In this document: piece after piece, positions 62,779 through 64,000 of the stretch
How the letters are laid out: the number at the start of each line of letters is the position of its first letter
Position numbering within the stretch: the stretch's first letter is position 1
Origin: Polyangia bacterium
GTDB lineage: Bacteria; Myxococcota_A; Polyangia; Polyangiales; JAUICN01
NCBI GenBank assembly: GCA_030427835.1
Contig: JAUICN010000013.1
Location: 16,663-80,662, forward strand
Direction of reading: 5' to 3'
DNA length: 64,000 nt
The notes under the pieces: generated by a model
What the model was told of the DNA's origin: nothing
Database searches by the model: none
The model's input: only the letters and a program-made list of their open reading frames with translations
Position numbers and translations under genes: made by a program

Positions 62779-62972
62779 TGCAAGAACGGGAGACTGGAGT
62801 CCGCTTGCACGGCCATATTCGAGTGAGAGCAGAGGGGAGAAGGGGCCGAAAAGGTAAGGGAGGGCCTGAAAACCTTAGTAGGGGTGCGCCATGAGCCGTT
62901 TTGCCAGATTAAAGACGCACCTGTGCGGTCCCACGTGAATCGTAGGTGCAGTCCGGGTGTTGTACTGAAGCC

Positions 62973-63860
62973 TCAAGCGCAGGCGGGTGGGGGGAGATGG
63001 CCATAGTGGTGAAGCCGCCACAGCCAGGTGCCTTCGGGAAAGGCAGAGGTGTCGCCGAAACGTCGGAATCGGTCGAGGGCGAGACGGTAGGCCCGATAAA
63101 ACTCTTGCAAACGCTGCAGAGCCTGTCGGTAGATGGAGGGCGAGGATGCCGCCACGACGGGAACCTTGGCTCCCGGGGTCTCAGGGGTGTGGGGCCGGTC
63201 GGTGAAGCGACTCCGGAGCACACGGCGCATGCCTAGGGCGGGGCCGGTGAGGGTGCTCTGGAGTTGGTGTATGCGTTGCTGTACGGCATCCACCACAGCA
63301 TCTCGGCCCATGGCACAAAGCACAGGAGGAAGGGTGAGGGTCAGGGTGAGGGGCTTCTCGTTGGGCCTGGGACGAAAGTACACCTTGGGGCGGGTAAGGT
63401 GGGTATCGACCACCGTGCCCAAGTGCTCGGGAAGGGACAGGGCCCCTTGCCATTGGTAGGGCTGTTTGACGAGACGGGCAGACACGGGGTTCATGCAGAG
63501 GTAGGCCAGCTTATCGAGCACGGCCCCCTCGTCTTCGAGTGGCAACATGTGGTAGCTGCCCGCCTCAAAGACCGACCCCCGTATCTTTCGGAGGGCCTTG
63601 AGGTACCGGGCCAACAGGAAATCAAGGCGGTGCATGAATAGGGGCAACTTCCCGAACACGTCCGTCAGGTGCAGGTGGTAGTGGTTTCCCATGAGCACAA
63701 ACCCATGGACCTCCACCCCGTAACGGCGCTTGCACTCCGCCAACAGGTACCGGAAGGCTTCGTTGAGCTCCGGGGCAGGCAATAGGTAGAACCGCCGGTC
63801 CCAACACCTTCGGGTTACGAACAGGGTTTGGCCAGCAACGATACGACGTGGATTACTCAT
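62973..63860 (-). CDS. REP-associated tyrosine transposase-like HUH (Y1) endonuclease, copy 2
   Basis: FVTRRC..RRFYL.P, VLMGNHYHL, YLCMNPVSA.LV, FPEGTW. Colinear with copy 1 but clearly diverged. Start revised to ATG 63860. Confidence 0.85.
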   Translation of the reverse strand: MSNPRRIVAGQTLFVTRRCWDRRFYLLPAPELNEAFRYLLAECKRRYGVEVHGFVLMGNHYHLHLTDVFGKLPLFMHRLDFLLARYLKALRKIRGSVFEAGSYHMLPLEDEGAVLDKLAYLCMNPVSARLVKQPYQWQGALSLPEHLGTVVDTHLTRPKVYFRPRPNEKPLTLTLTLPPVLCAMGRDAVVDAVQQRIHQLQSTLTGPALGMRRVLRSRFTDRPHTPETPGAKVPVVAASSPSIYRQALQRLQEFYRAYRLALDRFRRFGDTSAFPEGTWLWRLHHYGHLPPPACA

Positions 63861-63953
63861 GCCCGGGTATCGGACAGGCCCTCCCCCAGTTGCGTCTACC
63901 ACCCCATTTTTCTACCCACACCTATCCCCCACCTATGTTTTTATTCCCTTTTT

Positions 63954-63995
63954 TTCTACCCTGGGTAGAAACCACAATCGGGTGAGAGAAGGGCC
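63954..63995. repeat. REP-like hairpin and partial copy of the 62707 repeat upstream of RAYT copy 2
   Basis: TTCTACC-CTG-GGTAGAA hairpin (63954-63970) and GGGTGAGAGAAGGGCC (about 63980-63995), similar to AGGTTAGAGAAGGGCC. Confidence 0.55.
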
Positions 63996-64000
63996 AAAAC

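Noticed and set aside
1-64000. tRNA, rRNA, integrase or prophage genes, anti-phage defence operons
   Set aside because: None recognised by manual reading of either strand; small or novel ones cannot be excluded without covariance and HMM searches.

Overview
A GC-rich bacterial window, most likely Myxococcota (probably Polyangia). The evidence is a MYXO-CTERM protein, a GltJ/AgmX-like protein, many Cys-rich lipoproteins and a DUF1592/DUF1552 pair. Housekeeping genes: rsmG, jag-yidC-yidD-rnpA-rpmH, radC, cysS, gltBD, rarA, mrp, metK, rlmKL and a biotin carrier. They are interleaved with envelope and accessory genes: a triple-DsbA protein, tandem LRR lipoproteins, a GldAFG-like ABC system with a DUF4340 gene, a TraB-like OmpA/TSP3 gene next to a TraA-like MYXO-CTERM gene, and a vWA lipoprotein. 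Two real genes are missing from the ORF track: rpmH (14598-14747) and a lipoprotein running off the left edge (1-1150). The most interesting signals are non-coding. (1) Two divergent REP-associated-type HUH/Y1 transposases (RAYT-like) are flanked by an ACCCAGGTT-core hairpin motif family that also recurs in distant intergenic regions, suggesting a REP/REPIN-like system. (2) There are seven sigma54-type -24/-12 promoter candidates. Four place the start codon exactly 14 nt after the -12 C, implying near-leaderless sigma54 mRNAs, and one has paired palindromes at enhancer distance. (3) There are two MITE-like or structured elements: 2567-2730 with 20-bp inverted repeats, and 47950-48173 with inverted repeats, an 8-bp flanking direct repeat and a 21-bp internal stem. 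No rRNA, tRNA or CRISPR array was recognised. All calls come from manual reading; no database searches were run.
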